Positions 1 through 9,466 of a stretch of 64,000 nucleotides of DNA are shown in pieces. This stretch comes from Gammaproteobacteria bacterium. GTDB taxonomy: Bacteria > Actinomycetota > Acidimicrobiia > Spongiisociales > UBA4744. The position numbers and the translations under genes are program-made. The stretch spans positions 1,314 through 65,313 of the forward strand of contig JAACED010000002.1 of the NCBI GenBank assembly GCA_011682695.1, read 5' to 3'. Under the pieces are notes generated by a model. That model was given only the letters and a program-made list of their open reading frames with translations. It searched no databases and was not told the DNA's origin. How positions within the stretch are numbered: the first letter of the stretch is position 1; each line of letters begins with the position of its first letter.

Positions 1-351
1 AACCATCAGCCGCCTCCACTTCGACGGCTCGGCATACTTCTCTTCTCACGAGTGGTGAGCGCGATGACACACCAACCGATCCTCGACCCCACTTCTGGAT
101 TCCGCTGCGTCAACCAGAGAGCCGCAGCCTTCTCTGCACGCAGCCACCCGTATGATTTTCCGGAAGTCGAGAGTGTCGTGCACTACGCACAAGCCGGCTT
201 CAAGATCGTCGAGGTTCCCGTCGTCATGCGCGACCGTTCACACGGAACCTCCACGATCACCGGTTTTCGCGCGGCCTATTATGCAGTGAAGGTCCTGCTG
301 GCACTCGCGGTACTCACCTTCGGCAAGAGCAAATTCCGAGACTCGCCATGA
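1..351 (+). CDS. Glycosyltransferase family 2 (DPM1-like), C-terminal part; 5' end lies outside the window
   Basis: Frame is open from base 1. DPTSGFR and IVEVPVVMRDRSHGTS motifs are typical of the C-terminal half of DPM-synthase-like GT2. Followed by a DUF2304-like gene, a common pairing. Confidence 0.8.
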   Translation, partial: NHQPPPLRRLGILLFSRVVSAMTHQPILDPTSGFRCVNQRAAAFSARSHPYDFPEVESVVHYAQAGFKIVEVPVVMRDRSHGTSTITGFRAAYYAVKVLLALAVLTFGKSKFRDSP

Positions 352-701
352 TTCGACTTCTCGCCGTCGGCGCTTCACTCTTCATCTTCGCTCTCGTGCT
401 CGTACTCGTCAGACGACGCACGCTCCACGAGGAGCATGCTCTCGCTTGGCTCATCGGCAGCGGTGTGATTGCAGCAGCATCGGCGTTCCCAGGCGTCATC
501 GAGACAGTTGCCGACTTCGTGGGAGTCAAGAATCCTCCGAACCTCCTGCTCGGCGCCACGGTCTTCATCCTGGCGTTTGTGAGTCTCCGCCAACAAGTGC
601 AGATATCACATCTCAGCGATCAAACCCGAATGTTGACCCAAGAGCTCGCCATACTCCGGCTCCAAACCGAACAGAATCAGCAAAGGGAAGACAAGGAATG
701 A
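348..701 (+). CDS. DUF2304-family small membrane protein (GT2 partner)
   Basis: 117 aa with three hydrophobic segments, a C-terminal coiled-coil-like tail (QISHLSDQTRMLTQELAIL) and an ATGA overlap with the upstream GT2. Confidence 0.75.
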   Translation: MIRLLAVGASLFIFALVLVLVRRRTLHEEHALAWLIGSGVIAAASAFPGVIETVADFVGVKNPPNLLLGATVFILAFVSLRQQVQISHLSDQTRMLTQELAILRLQTEQNQQREDKE

Positions 702-2356
702 ACAAGGTTCTCGTCGTAGGACTGGACGGAGCAACGCTCGACCTCATCGAGCCTTGGGCCGCTGAAGGCCTCCTGCCAAACTTCGCTCGGCTCCTGGCTG
801 AAAGCCACGGCGGAGTACTCCCATCCACGATTCCTCCCATGACCCCGCCGGCGTGGGTTACGTTCGCAACGGGAGTGACACCCGGGTCACACGGAATCTT
901 CGATTGGACCTATCGCCGAAGCGGCTCCTATGAGACCACGCCTTTCTCGGCAAGAGATATCGCCGTCCCGACCATCTGGGAACACCTCGCGACAAGAGGG
1001 CGATCCGCTCTCGTCATCAACGTGCCGATGACCTACCCGCCGAAACCCATCGACGGTGTGATGATCGCAGGAATGCCCGCGCCGAAATGGGATGCCTCTG
1101 CGGTGTCTCCGGCGGATCGTTTTGCAGAGATCGCACAGCGCGTCCCTTCGTACGTCCTGTATCCGGATCCCGGCGAGGCGTACAGCAGCCAAGGCACCGA
1201 GGGCTTCATCACGCGACTGCATCTTGCGGCAGAGGGTCGCATGCAGACCTGGCGGCTGTTGCGCGAGGAACGAGAGTATGACTTCGAGATGGTTGCGTTC
1301 AACGGTACCGATACCGCACAGCACGCCCTCTGGCACCTCATGGACGAGACCCACCCGGCACACGATCCGTCGGCGCCCGAGCGTCACCGCGGCGCCATCT
1401 GCGACTACTACCAACGCATAGATGGCTACCTGGGCGAGTTCATGGACACCGCAGAACGCGAGGATCGCATGTTGCTCGTCATGAGCGATCACGGTGGAGG
1501 TCCCCTCAAGGGCCTCATCCACGTCAACAACTGGCTTCTGGGAGAAGGCCTGCTCCGGCTCAAATCGAATCTCACGAGCAGGATCCGCTATCGCCTTTAT
1601 CGTCTGGGATTCACCCCGATGGCGCTGTACGGCGTCCTCATACGCCTCGGCCTCGGAAAGCTGAAGCGCGAGGTGGTTCGCGGGCACGGGCGATCACTTC
1701 TCACGACGTTCTTTCTCTCCTTCAGAGACGTCGACTGGACCAAAACTTCCGCGTATTCGATCGGCAACGTGGGGCAAGTGTTCCTCAACGTCGAGGGGCG
1801 GGAGCCGCAAGGAACCGTCAGCCCCGATGACTACGACTCCGTCCGCAGAGACATCAGACAACGCCTGGAGGCATGGATGCGCGACGGCGAGCCGGTCGTC
1901 GAGCAGGTCGTCTTCTCGGATGAGATCTGGTCGGGTGAGCACGTCGATGACGGACCGGACATCCTGTTCCTGCCGAAAGGGCTCGAATTCTTCGGCTTCG
2001 GAGAATTCGAGTTCGGCTCCAACCGAGTGTTCGAAGATCTCAAACAAGGCATCTCCGGGACACACCGGATGCCCGGCATAGGAATATGGTGGGGGCCCGG
2101 AACGACCGAGCCCACCGCCGAGGCGAGAGCAGTCGACCAGCACCTCGAAGATCTCGCCCCCACCATCATCCACGCCATGGGGGAAGATATCCCGGCATCG
2201 ACCCAGGGCCGAGTCCTGCAGGAGATCCTGATCGAGGATCGCGACGTGGTGCGGGCAGCAAGGGACTCCGCACCGGTCAACGGAGATGAGCCGACGTTCA
2301 CAGAGGAAGAGGAGGCTGCAATCGAAGAACGATTGCGCGGCCTCGGCTACGTATGA
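698..2356 (+). CDS. Alkaline-phosphatase-superfamily (type I phosphodiesterase/nucleotide pyrophosphatase-like) protein
   Basis: True start ATG 698 (MNKVLVVGLDGAT; ATGA overlap). Motifs: STIPPMTPPAW nucleophile region, VMSDHG, GTHR, C-terminal ERLRGLGY. Confidence 0.85.
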   Translation: MNKVLVVGLDGATLDLIEPWAAEGLLPNFARLLAESHGGVLPSTIPPMTPPAWVTFATGVTPGSHGIFDWTYRRSGSYETTPFSARDIAVPTIWEHLATRGRSALVINVPMTYPPKPIDGVMIAGMPAPKWDASAVSPADRFAEIAQRVPSYVLYPDPGEAYSSQGTEGFITRLHLAAEGRMQTWRLLREEREYDFEMVAFNGTDTAQHALWHLMDETHPAHDPSAPERHRGAICDYYQRIDGYLGEFMDTAEREDRMLLVMSDHGGGPLKGLIHVNNWLLGEGLLRLKSNLTSRIRYRLYRLGFTPMALYGVLIRLGLGKLKREVVRGHGRSLLTTFFLSFRDVDWTKTSAYSIGNVGQVFLNVEGREPQGTVSPDDYDSVRRDIRQRLEAWMRDGEPVVEQVVFSDEIWSGEHVDDGPDILFLPKGLEFFGFGEFEFGSNRVFEDLKQGISGTHRMPGIGIWWGPGTTEPTAEARAVDQHLEDLAPTIIHAMGEDIPASTQGRVLQEILIEDRDVVRAARDSAPVNGDEPTFTEEEEAAIEERLRGLGYV

Positions 2357-3213
2357 ACCCAAGAGTCTCGGTAGTGATCGTCGCTTTCAACGGGCTTTCA
2401 TATCTGCCAAAGCTCAAGGAGGCACTCGACGCTCAGTTGAGCGAGAAAGACGAAGTCCTGATCCTCGATAACAACTCGACCGACGGTACCGCCGACTGGA
2501 TCGAGTCCAACTGGAGTGATACCCAGCTCGTGCTCTCGGACCGCAACCTCCTCTTCGTCGGTGGGAACAACCTGCTGACTCGTAAGGCCCGCGGTGAGGT
2601 CGTTCTCTACCTCAACCAGGACACCGTTCCGGCAGCCGGTGTCGTCGAAGAGGCCGCCCGCTCTGCGGGACCCAAGACGGCCGTCACGTTCGCCCAGATC
2701 TTCCCCTGGAGCGGCGTCCCCCTGATCCCATGGCTCGACTGGTCCGGAGCGATGCTATGGAGACGGCCGTCCGATCCATTCGAGCCGACTTCGGCGCTTT
2801 CTGGGGGCGCCTTTGCGCTGCATCAGGACATGTTGCAGCAACTCGGAGGTGTCCCATTCGACGTTCGCATGCGGCACTACGCCGAAGACATCAACCTCTC
2901 TCTTCGGATACACGAGCTTGGCATGGAAATCCGCGCCGTGAGCTCGGTCTCGGTGACGCATGATTCACGGCCGTCGACGGAGAACGTCGCAGACGATTTC
3001 CGGCGGGCCGTCCAGATCTCGAGGGAGAGACTTCTCGCTTTTGCATATGCCCACGGGTGGAGCAATACCGTTCGGAGGCTACCGATGCTGTTGCTTGCAG
3101 GATTCCGGAAAGCATCCGTTGATGGTCGCTGGACGCTTCCCAGGGCCCTCGGCCTGACGGTCGCCACCGCTGTCGGCTACGTGTGGGCCCTGTTTCCGCG
3201 GACCTCCTCGTGA
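2353..3213 (+). CDS. Glycosyltransferase family 2
   Basis: VSVVIVAFN, ILDNNSTDGT, YLNQD, YAEDINL motifs (GT2, rhamnosyltransferase-like). Confidence 0.85.
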   Translation: MNPRVSVVIVAFNGLSYLPKLKEALDAQLSEKDEVLILDNNSTDGTADWIESNWSDTQLVLSDRNLLFVGGNNLLTRKARGEVVLYLNQDTVPAAGVVEEAARSAGPKTAVTFAQIFPWSGVPLIPWLDWSGAMLWRRPSDPFEPTSALSGGAFALHQDMLQQLGGVPFDVRMRHYAEDINLSLRIHELGMEIRAVSSVSVTHDSRPSTENVADDFRRAVQISRERLLAFAYAHGWSNTVRRLPMLLLAGFRKASVDGRWTLPRALGLTVATAVGYVWALFPRTSS

Positions 3214-4142
3214 AACGCAAACTCGGGCGTCTCCTCGTCCCGACCATCCTCGTGATATGGATCGCTCTGCGATTCGATCTCGGCGAGGCGCTGAAACGTA
3301 TCGCAAGCATCGACCCGATGTTCTTCGGACTTGCACTGATCGCCTTCTCGGTCATGTTGGCTGTGCGGGCATGGCGGTGGCTGATCGTCGTGAGGCTCCT
3401 CGGGATCGACACACCGACGGCAGTCGTGGTGAGATCCTTTGCCCTTGGGTTTGCAGGCAGTGCGCTTCTCGGAGAAGGCCTCGGATCTCTTGGTCGTCTC
3501 TACGACATGCGACTTGCCGGCGCAGATGCCAAGACGACTGGTTTCGCAGTCGTCTTCGACAAGGCCTACGACGTTCTCGTTCTGGTGGCCCTCGCGCCGG
3601 TCGCGGCCATCGTGCTTCCATCGGACACGACAAGGCTGACCCCTGCGACGATCACACTCCTCGTTCTTGCGGTTCTCGGCTTGGCGATTCTGGCTCTCTC
3701 GCCCGCTGGGATGAGGACTCTTGGTCGGCTGCTGGCACGTCTGTTCCCAAGACGACCGAAGCTCGCCGGCCTCGGCTCTCTCGGTGACCGCATGGGGCCG
3801 CGGCACCACACTGCCGTCGCCGCTCTGAGTCTTGGGGCCCGCTTCGCCCAGTTCACGTTCGTGTGGCTTCTCGCACTGGGACTCGATATTCCTATCTCTT
3901 TGCTGGAGATGTCTGCGATCATGACGTTCGTCGGAGCCGTGGTTTTTCTTCCGATATCCATCAGCGGGCTTGGCATTCGCGATCTGTCAATGATTGGCCT
4001 CTTCGCCCTGATCGGCTACCCGTCTGCGTCAGCCCTCTCTCTTTCCGTTGCAGTCTTTGCGGTCACAGTCACCGCACGCCTCGTTGTCGGCATTGCCTGG
4101 GCCTCTCTCAGGTCCACGAGTAGTGTCGACACACACCTCTGA
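3210..4142 (+). CDS. Lysylphosphatidylglycerol-synthase-TM / flippase-like membrane protein (UPF0104 type)
   Basis: GTG 3210 overlaps the upstream stop. Multi-pass hydrophobic protein with RAWRW, VVFDK and PISISGLGIRD motifs. Confidence 0.75.
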   Translation: MKRKLGRLLVPTILVIWIALRFDLGEALKRIASIDPMFFGLALIAFSVMLAVRAWRWLIVVRLLGIDTPTAVVVRSFALGFAGSALLGEGLGSLGRLYDMRLAGADAKTTGFAVVFDKAYDVLVLVALAPVAAIVLPSDTTRLTPATITLLVLAVLGLAILALSPAGMRTLGRLLARLFPRRPKLAGLGSLGDRMGPRHHTAVAALSLGARFAQFTFVWLLALGLDIPISLLEMSAIMTFVGAVVFLPISISGLGIRDLSMIGLFALIGYPSASALSLSVAVFAVTVTARLVVGIAWASLRSTSSVDTHL

Positions 4143-4164
4143 CAGCGAGAACGCGAACCCGCCT

Positions 4165-6138
4165 ATGCACGCAACCCGAACATCACTGCCGACCGGTGGC
4201 AGAAAGACGCTGCCGATCCTCCTTGGGATGGCTGTCGCAGCAGGGGCAGTGACATGTCTCGTCGGCGTACCGCGCTCACAGCCCTACGGTTGGATCCTGG
4301 TCTTCGCAGCCCTCATCGTCCTGCCCGCCATGTCTCTCGGCCGGTTCTTCGGATTCGAAGGAGGAATCGTCGTCTCCACGATGCTTGGCCTGCCCATGGC
4401 CTTCGGCATCCAGTTTCCGCTCTTCGCCATTGCCACCACGATGCATTGGTCCCCGGCCGTGTGGGGAACGGCAGCCATCGGGTTGGGCTTGTGCGCATAC
4501 ATTGCCCAAACGTACGTCGCCCCGGTCAAGAAACCATCGCCCCCGAAGCTCGTTCCGACAGTCATGCTCATCGTGCTCCTCGTTGCCGGTGCTGCAACCG
4601 TGTTCCTCTCGGGAAGGGATTCCGACGACTGGGCCTACGGCGCGTACATCGCAGATTCGGCAGCCAACATGCCGCTCATGGCGTCGGATCCGGTACTCGG
4701 TACCGACGTCCCGGTCTTCCCCCGCCAGTCCTTGAACCTGTGGCTGGGCTTGCTGGGCGTTGGCGCCCGCGCCTCCTCGCTGGAAGTCCCCGTCCTGCTC
4801 CAGGACCACCTCCCGGTCTTCCTTGCCATCATCGCCCTCCTCTCGACATACGTCCTCGGCAAGACACTCGGAGGACGGCCGGCCTGGGGAACGGCGGCCG
4901 TCGGCGTTCAACTCGCGTGGTTCCTCACGACCCCCCAGCACTCGGCACCCGGCAATGCACTGCTGTTCAGAATCACCGAAGACAAGTTCGCGGCCATGCT
5001 CATTCTTGCCCCGTTGATCTTTGCGGCAATCCTCAAACTCCGTCACCAGTCGCTCAAGCGTGTCGCCCTGTTCGGTATGCTCGCCGGACTCGGACTCGCT
5101 GCCGTTCACCCCATCACCTACCTCATCGTGATGGCGGGGCTGGGATCCTGGGCCGCGCTGGGCTTCATCCTCAGAGTGGAGGAACGCAAAGTTCTCATCG
5201 TTGCGGGACTGTCGTTCGCAGCAGCACTCGTCGTCCCGCTCATCGGCTACTTCCGACTTCAGACCGTTGGTCCGGCTCCCGGATCTCCTGATGCCCTCGA
5301 ATTGAGCTCGGTTCAACTCCGGTCGAACATGAGCCGGCTTTGGATTCGTCACTCCAAGCTTCTCTCGGTTCATCCCCTCCTCGTCATGAACCCCCTCACC
5401 CTCGGCATGTCCAGCCTCTCGGTGATGCTCCTCCTGTTCCGGCGGAACGCTCGCACAACGCTTGTTGCATCGCTCACGCTGGCAACGGTGCTACTGGCTT
5501 TCAACCCCCTCATCACGCCGTTCCTGGGGCATCTCCTTGGAGTGGGAATGCTCTGGAGATTCACATGGCTCCTCCCTATTCCCTACGTGGCTCCGGCCGC
5601 AGCCGACGCGCTCGGGGTTGCCGATCGAAAGCAGCTCGCAGCCGCTCCATTGGTCGCGGTCGTCCTCGCTCTGGCGGTTCAGATGCCTCTGATCCCCACC
5701 GCCTACGCGGACTGGAGCGGAACTCGATCACAGTTTCGTGCCGATGTAGAACTCACGCCGATGTTCCTCGAGATCAACCGCCACGCGCAGCCGGGAGATT
5801 TCGCGATCGCTCCGAACCACCCGATCGGCGTGCGCCTTCCCTCCTACGTCCCGGAGGTTTCCCTCCTCGCCTTCCGGGGCCCTCAGGGCACCCGATGGCA
5901 CTTCCCTCGTGAGCACGTGGACGACGGAGTGAGACGCGAAGAAGCACTCGAGCAGTTCTACACAAGCACATCGCCGATGCTCGATCAGGACGATCTGACG
6001 ATCTTGGAGGACTACAACGTACGTTTCGTTGTTCTAGAGCGTTCCGACGACCGATTCGCAGATGCATCGAGTCGCTGGAGCATCGTGGCGGAGTCGGCGA
6101 ACTGGGCCGTCTTCGATCGGGATGCGCCCCGCCCGTAG
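4165..6138 (+). CDS. Large polytopic membrane protein, GT-C-fold/DUF6077-like
   Basis: About 12 hydrophobic segments, a DSDD acidic motif in an early loop and a soluble C-terminal tail (YNVRFVVL). Start placed at ATG 4165 rather than the track's 4048. Confidence 0.6.
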   Translation: MHATRTSLPTGGRKTLPILLGMAVAAGAVTCLVGVPRSQPYGWILVFAALIVLPAMSLGRFFGFEGGIVVSTMLGLPMAFGIQFPLFAIATTMHWSPAVWGTAAIGLGLCAYIAQTYVAPVKKPSPPKLVPTVMLIVLLVAGAATVFLSGRDSDDWAYGAYIADSAANMPLMASDPVLGTDVPVFPRQSLNLWLGLLGVGARASSLEVPVLLQDHLPVFLAIIALLSTYVLGKTLGGRPAWGTAAVGVQLAWFLTTPQHSAPGNALLFRITEDKFAAMLILAPLIFAAILKLRHQSLKRVALFGMLAGLGLAAVHPITYLIVMAGLGSWAALGFILRVEERKVLIVAGLSFAAALVVPLIGYFRLQTVGPAPGSPDALELSSVQLRSNMSRLWIRHSKLLSVHPLLVMNPLTLGMSSLSVMLLLFRRNARTTLVASLTLATVLLAFNPLITPFLGHLLGVGMLWRFTWLLPIPYVAPAAADALGVADRKQLAAAPLVAVVLALAVQMPLIPTAYADWSGTRSQFRADVELTPMFLEINRHAQPGDFAIAPNHPIGVRLPSYVPEVSLLAFRGPQGTRWHFPREHVDDGVRREEALEQFYTSTSPMLDQDDLTILEDYNVRFVVLERSDDRFADASSRWSIVAESANWAVFDRDAPRP

Positions 6139-6231
6139 CGGGAATGTCCGCGGTCGCGATGTATGACGTGATCGCTCCGAGAGCCGTCAGCGGAGCCCCG
6201 AACAAGTCTCGCGAACCCTTCGGCGATCCGA

Positions 6232-7101
6232 CTACGAATCGTACCCAAACCGGCGGAGCCGATCCCCCATCTCCTCGGCCATTCGGACCAACGCCGGATC
6301 TCGTCGATATGCGAATCCTCGACGCGGATCAATAGACCGCACGGCGTCGTGAAGCGCGTCTTCGCCGACCTCCAGTCCGCAGAAGTCGGCCGCTGCCCTC
6401 ACGGTTTCGACGGGACTGGACAGGATGTCCTCATAGTCGATCTCGAGTGCTCGCTCTGGAGGCAGCTGCGCAATCTGCCCGCTTGCCTCCGCCATGTACT
6501 CCTCCCAGATCTCGAAGGCTCCCGACAGCCGGTCGGCCGGCGATGACCGTGCGTACGGTCCCGCATAGGCGCCAAGAACAAAGAGTGCTGCACCTCGAGC
6601 TTCCAGCCGATCGCTTCGCTCACGGTGAGCAAGGCTCCGTTCGAAAAGGCTCGCAGCCACGTCGACACCGTGTCGCCGCACGTGAAGGACTTTCGCCCGG
6701 GGGAACAGGTTCAGCCACAGCGGCAGCGTGAATGTGTTTCGAGGATCCTTCCAGCCCCATGGAAAGTCCAATCGTGACAGCGAACGATACCGGGCGTATC
6801 GAAGGGGACCGAGGTACGCGACGAGCAACGGCGAATCCAGCAGCGACCCAATACCGTGGGCGTAGGACGCCTTGAGGCTCTCGGTTGCCAGCAGGTGACG
6901 AACCGCAGCCGGATGGTCCCACCTGCCTCCACTCTTGCGGAGCAACATCATGTTCCACCGCAGGAACATTCGCGATTCGGAATTGGCCTCTTTCCACCAG
7001 CCCGAGAAAAGGCCAAGTCGCTCCAACAGACCGGTCGCAAGGCTCGTACCGGAACGGTGTGCCCCGATGACAATGACAGGAGGCGTCCTGCTTGGTTTCA
7101 T
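6232..7101 (-). CDS. PAPS-dependent sulfotransferase
   Basis: Start ATG 7101 (MKPSRTPPVIVIG). 5'-PSB loop GAHRSGTS, WGWKDP, 3'-PB RRHGVDVAAS. Confidence 0.85.
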   Translation of the reverse strand: MKPSRTPPVIVIGAHRSGTSLATGLLERLGLFSGWWKEANSESRMFLRWNMMLLRKSGGRWDHPAAVRHLLATESLKASYAHGIGSLLDSPLLVAYLGPLRYARYRSLSRLDFPWGWKDPRNTFTLPLWLNLFPRAKVLHVRRHGVDVAASLFERSLAHRERSDRLEARGAALFVLGAYAGPYARSSPADRLSGAFEIWEEYMAEASGQIAQLPPERALEIDYEDILSSPVETVRAAADFCGLEVGEDALHDAVRSIDPRRGFAYRRDPALVRMAEEMGDRLRRFGYDS

Positions 7102-7159
7102 ATCACGGATCTTCCCATGTCGTACATACACCGGTGTCGGGCCACAACACCCTGGATCA

Positions 7160-9421
7160 TCATTGCAGGAACGCCTGAAGCGCCTGCTCGACCTCCGCCG
7201 AGACGGCACCTTCGCCGCCTGCGACGACGATGTCGTGGGGAAGCAGCCGGACGAGTTCGGCGTCTACCGAATCCGGGATGGCGTCGGAGGCGACGAGCAA
7301 GACCGGTGCACCCATCGCTGCAGCCGCGGGTGCAGCGGCAAGCCCGTCGGGGAACAGGTCACCGCGCGCCACGTATGCCGTCGCCACCCCCGAGCCGAAC
7401 ACCTGTGCCGATACGAGCGCCGCGGTCTCATAGAGGTCTGCCCCGGCGATCCGCTCCACCGCACCGGTCGTGTAGGCGGCGAGCTCCGCTTCGATCTCCC
7501 CACTGACCGCCCCCTCGTCACCGACGATGACGATGCGGGCAGGTTCGAGACGCGCGAGCTCATCTTTCACCGCCGTCGGGATCACGGCCGGGTGCATCGG
7601 CAGGACCGGGCCTCCTTGGGCCGCCGCCGCCGGTCCGGCTGCGAGGGCTTCGGGGAAGTCGAATCCGGGTACGACGTAGACCACCGGAACCCCGGCGGCG
7701 AACACTGCTCTCGACACTTCGACCGCCGTCTCGAAACGAGTCGGGCCTTCACGGCGGACGACCTGGGGAGCAAACGCCGCCAGCTCCGTCTCCACCGAGG
7801 CGGACACGGCGGCAGGGCCGCCCAGGATCACGATCCGGCCCGGATTCAGACGCGTCAGTTCCAGCTTCGTCGCGGAAGGAAGCAGGTCGGTCAAGGTGAG
7901 CAGGATCGGTGCGCCTTCCTGGTGAGCGGCCGGCGCCGCGGTGAGCGCGTCCGCGAAGTTCTCGCCTGTGGCGATGTACACGACCGAGGCACCGTCCGGG
8001 TACGTCGCCTCCGATAGGGCCGCCGCGGTGGCATATCGGTCCTCGCCCCACAGCCGTTGCACTTCACCCGGCGGTGGCGGCGCATCGCCGCCCATCGTGA
8101 CACCGGTCACCTGAGGAGACAGCAGCCCGAACACCGAGCGCAGCCACCAGCCCGGGGCGTCGACGCTGCTCGCGATACCGCCGGTCGTCCCGCTGAACCG
8201 GACGAAAGCTTCGGGTGGTCCGTTGATGAGCGACGCCCCGGTGAGGGTGTCGAAGTCTGCGTGCCACTCCCGGGTCGTTGTGGCCAGGGCCGACACGATG
8301 GTCGATGCGGCAACCGTCTTGGACCAGACGGCCAGCGGGTTGAGCGCAGGATCGGACGCCCACGAGTCGTCGACGGAAACGAGGTATGGGTACTGGACTA
8401 ACGATCCGAACCCGCCGATGTTGGTTTCCGTCACACCGGATGACGACGAGGTGTAGAAGGCTTCGATGACCCCGTTCTGAGTGAAGCCGGAGTCGGGGTG
8501 TGTGAGGACCTTCCCGGCCGTTGCGGTCGCCGCAGCCACCCAGGACGACTGTTGCTCCTGATCCCACCCGTTGTAGACCTGGTCGACGGAGGTTCGCCGC
8601 ACGTGGCACCAGCACTTGTCTTTCCAGTAGCTGCTCAGACCCGCATCCGCGAGGGTGCCGACCCGATCGCCGGTCTCACGCTGCTGCGCTTTGGCGATCG
8701 CGTAGCTGCGGGCCGCGATCGCCTGGGCCTGCAACGCGGACGCTTCCCACGACGGCGGCATCTCGGCGATACCTGCGATGTAGTCCTCGACGTCGACCGC
8801 CAGCGACACGTGGAACTTCAGCGTCGGCAGCGTGCCGACGGGACGGATCTTCAAGGTGCCATGCGCAAAGCTGAGTCCGAGGTCCGGGAGTTCCACCCTG
8901 GTTCCTTCGGTCCACGAGATGCTCGCCGAGCAATCCCCGGGGTTGCCCTGGGGCACCCCGCCGAACTCGAACTGGCATTGGCTGCCGTTGAACGTGAACG
9001 ACCACAGCTCACCGTCGCGCGGGGTGACCGACTTCGGGCAGGCTCCCTCGCCGTCGTTTGCCTGGCACAGTTCGAGATCGCCGCCGATCGCCCTGAACTG
9101 GAAGGTGAGCCTGCTCTGGAGCAGGCCAACCCACAACGGCTGGTCGTAGGCGAGCAGGAAGTTGTCGGCCGGAAGCATATCGGCGACCTGCCCAATCGAC
9201 GTGCCGAAGAAGTAGTGGGTGGCGATCTCGCCGGCCGTCTTGCCGTCGAGGGCCATGCCCTGCGCGCCGTACTGGCTGAGACCGATGCCATGCCCATAGC
9301 CGCCACCGGCGAACTCGACCTCACCGTCGGCGGGAACGGCGCCGGCGACGGGCGCCAGCGAAGCCACCATCGCGGCGGCAAGCAGAAGCACCAGCGTCGG
9401 CCGGACGTGCATATGGACCAT
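7160..9421 (-). CDS. Secreted SpoIID/LytB-domain protein with three C-terminal cell-wall-binding repeat 2 (CWB2) domains
   Basis: Signal peptide. SpoIID motifs GYGHGIGLSQYGA, EDYIAGIAEMPPSW, ALQAQAIAARSYA, DQVYNG. Three R-x-x-G-x-(D/T)-R/L-[YF]-x-T ... GG-x-x-AVS repeats. Confidence 0.85.
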   Translation of the reverse strand: MVHMHVRPTLVLLLAAAMVASLAPVAGAVPADGEVEFAGGGYGHGIGLSQYGAQGMALDGKTAGEIATHYFFGTSIGQVADMLPADNFLLAYDQPLWVGLLQSRLTFQFRAIGGDLELCQANDGEGACPKSVTPRDGELWSFTFNGSQCQFEFGGVPQGNPGDCSASISWTEGTRVELPDLGLSFAHGTLKIRPVGTLPTLKFHVSLAVDVEDYIAGIAEMPPSWEASALQAQAIAARSYAIAKAQQRETGDRVGTLADAGLSSYWKDKCWCHVRRTSVDQVYNGWDQEQQSSWVAAATATAGKVLTHPDSGFTQNGVIEAFYTSSSSGVTETNIGGFGSLVQYPYLVSVDDSWASDPALNPLAVWSKTVAASTIVSALATTTREWHADFDTLTGASLINGPPEAFVRFSGTTGGIASSVDAPGWWLRSVFGLLSPQVTGVTMGGDAPPPPGEVQRLWGEDRYATAAALSEATYPDGASVVYIATGENFADALTAAPAAHQEGAPILLTLTDLLPSATKLELTRLNPGRIVILGGPAAVSASVETELAAFAPQVVRREGPTRFETAVEVSRAVFAAGVPVVYVVPGFDFPEALAAGPAAAAQGGPVLPMHPAVIPTAVKDELARLEPARIVIVGDEGAVSGEIEAELAAYTTGAVERIAGADLYETAALVSAQVFGSGVATAYVARGDLFPDGLAAAPAAAAMGAPVLLVASDAIPDSVDAELVRLLPHDIVVAGGEGAVSAEVEQALQAFLQ

Positions 9422-9466
9422 TCTCCTCTTCAGGTATCGACTAATGGTGTCATTCCCTTGAAGGGT

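Noticed and set aside
4048-4164. Upstream extension of the membrane protein ORF
   Set aside because: Overlaps the previous gene by about 95 bp and is low-complexity; ATG 4165 after the upstream stop is more plausible
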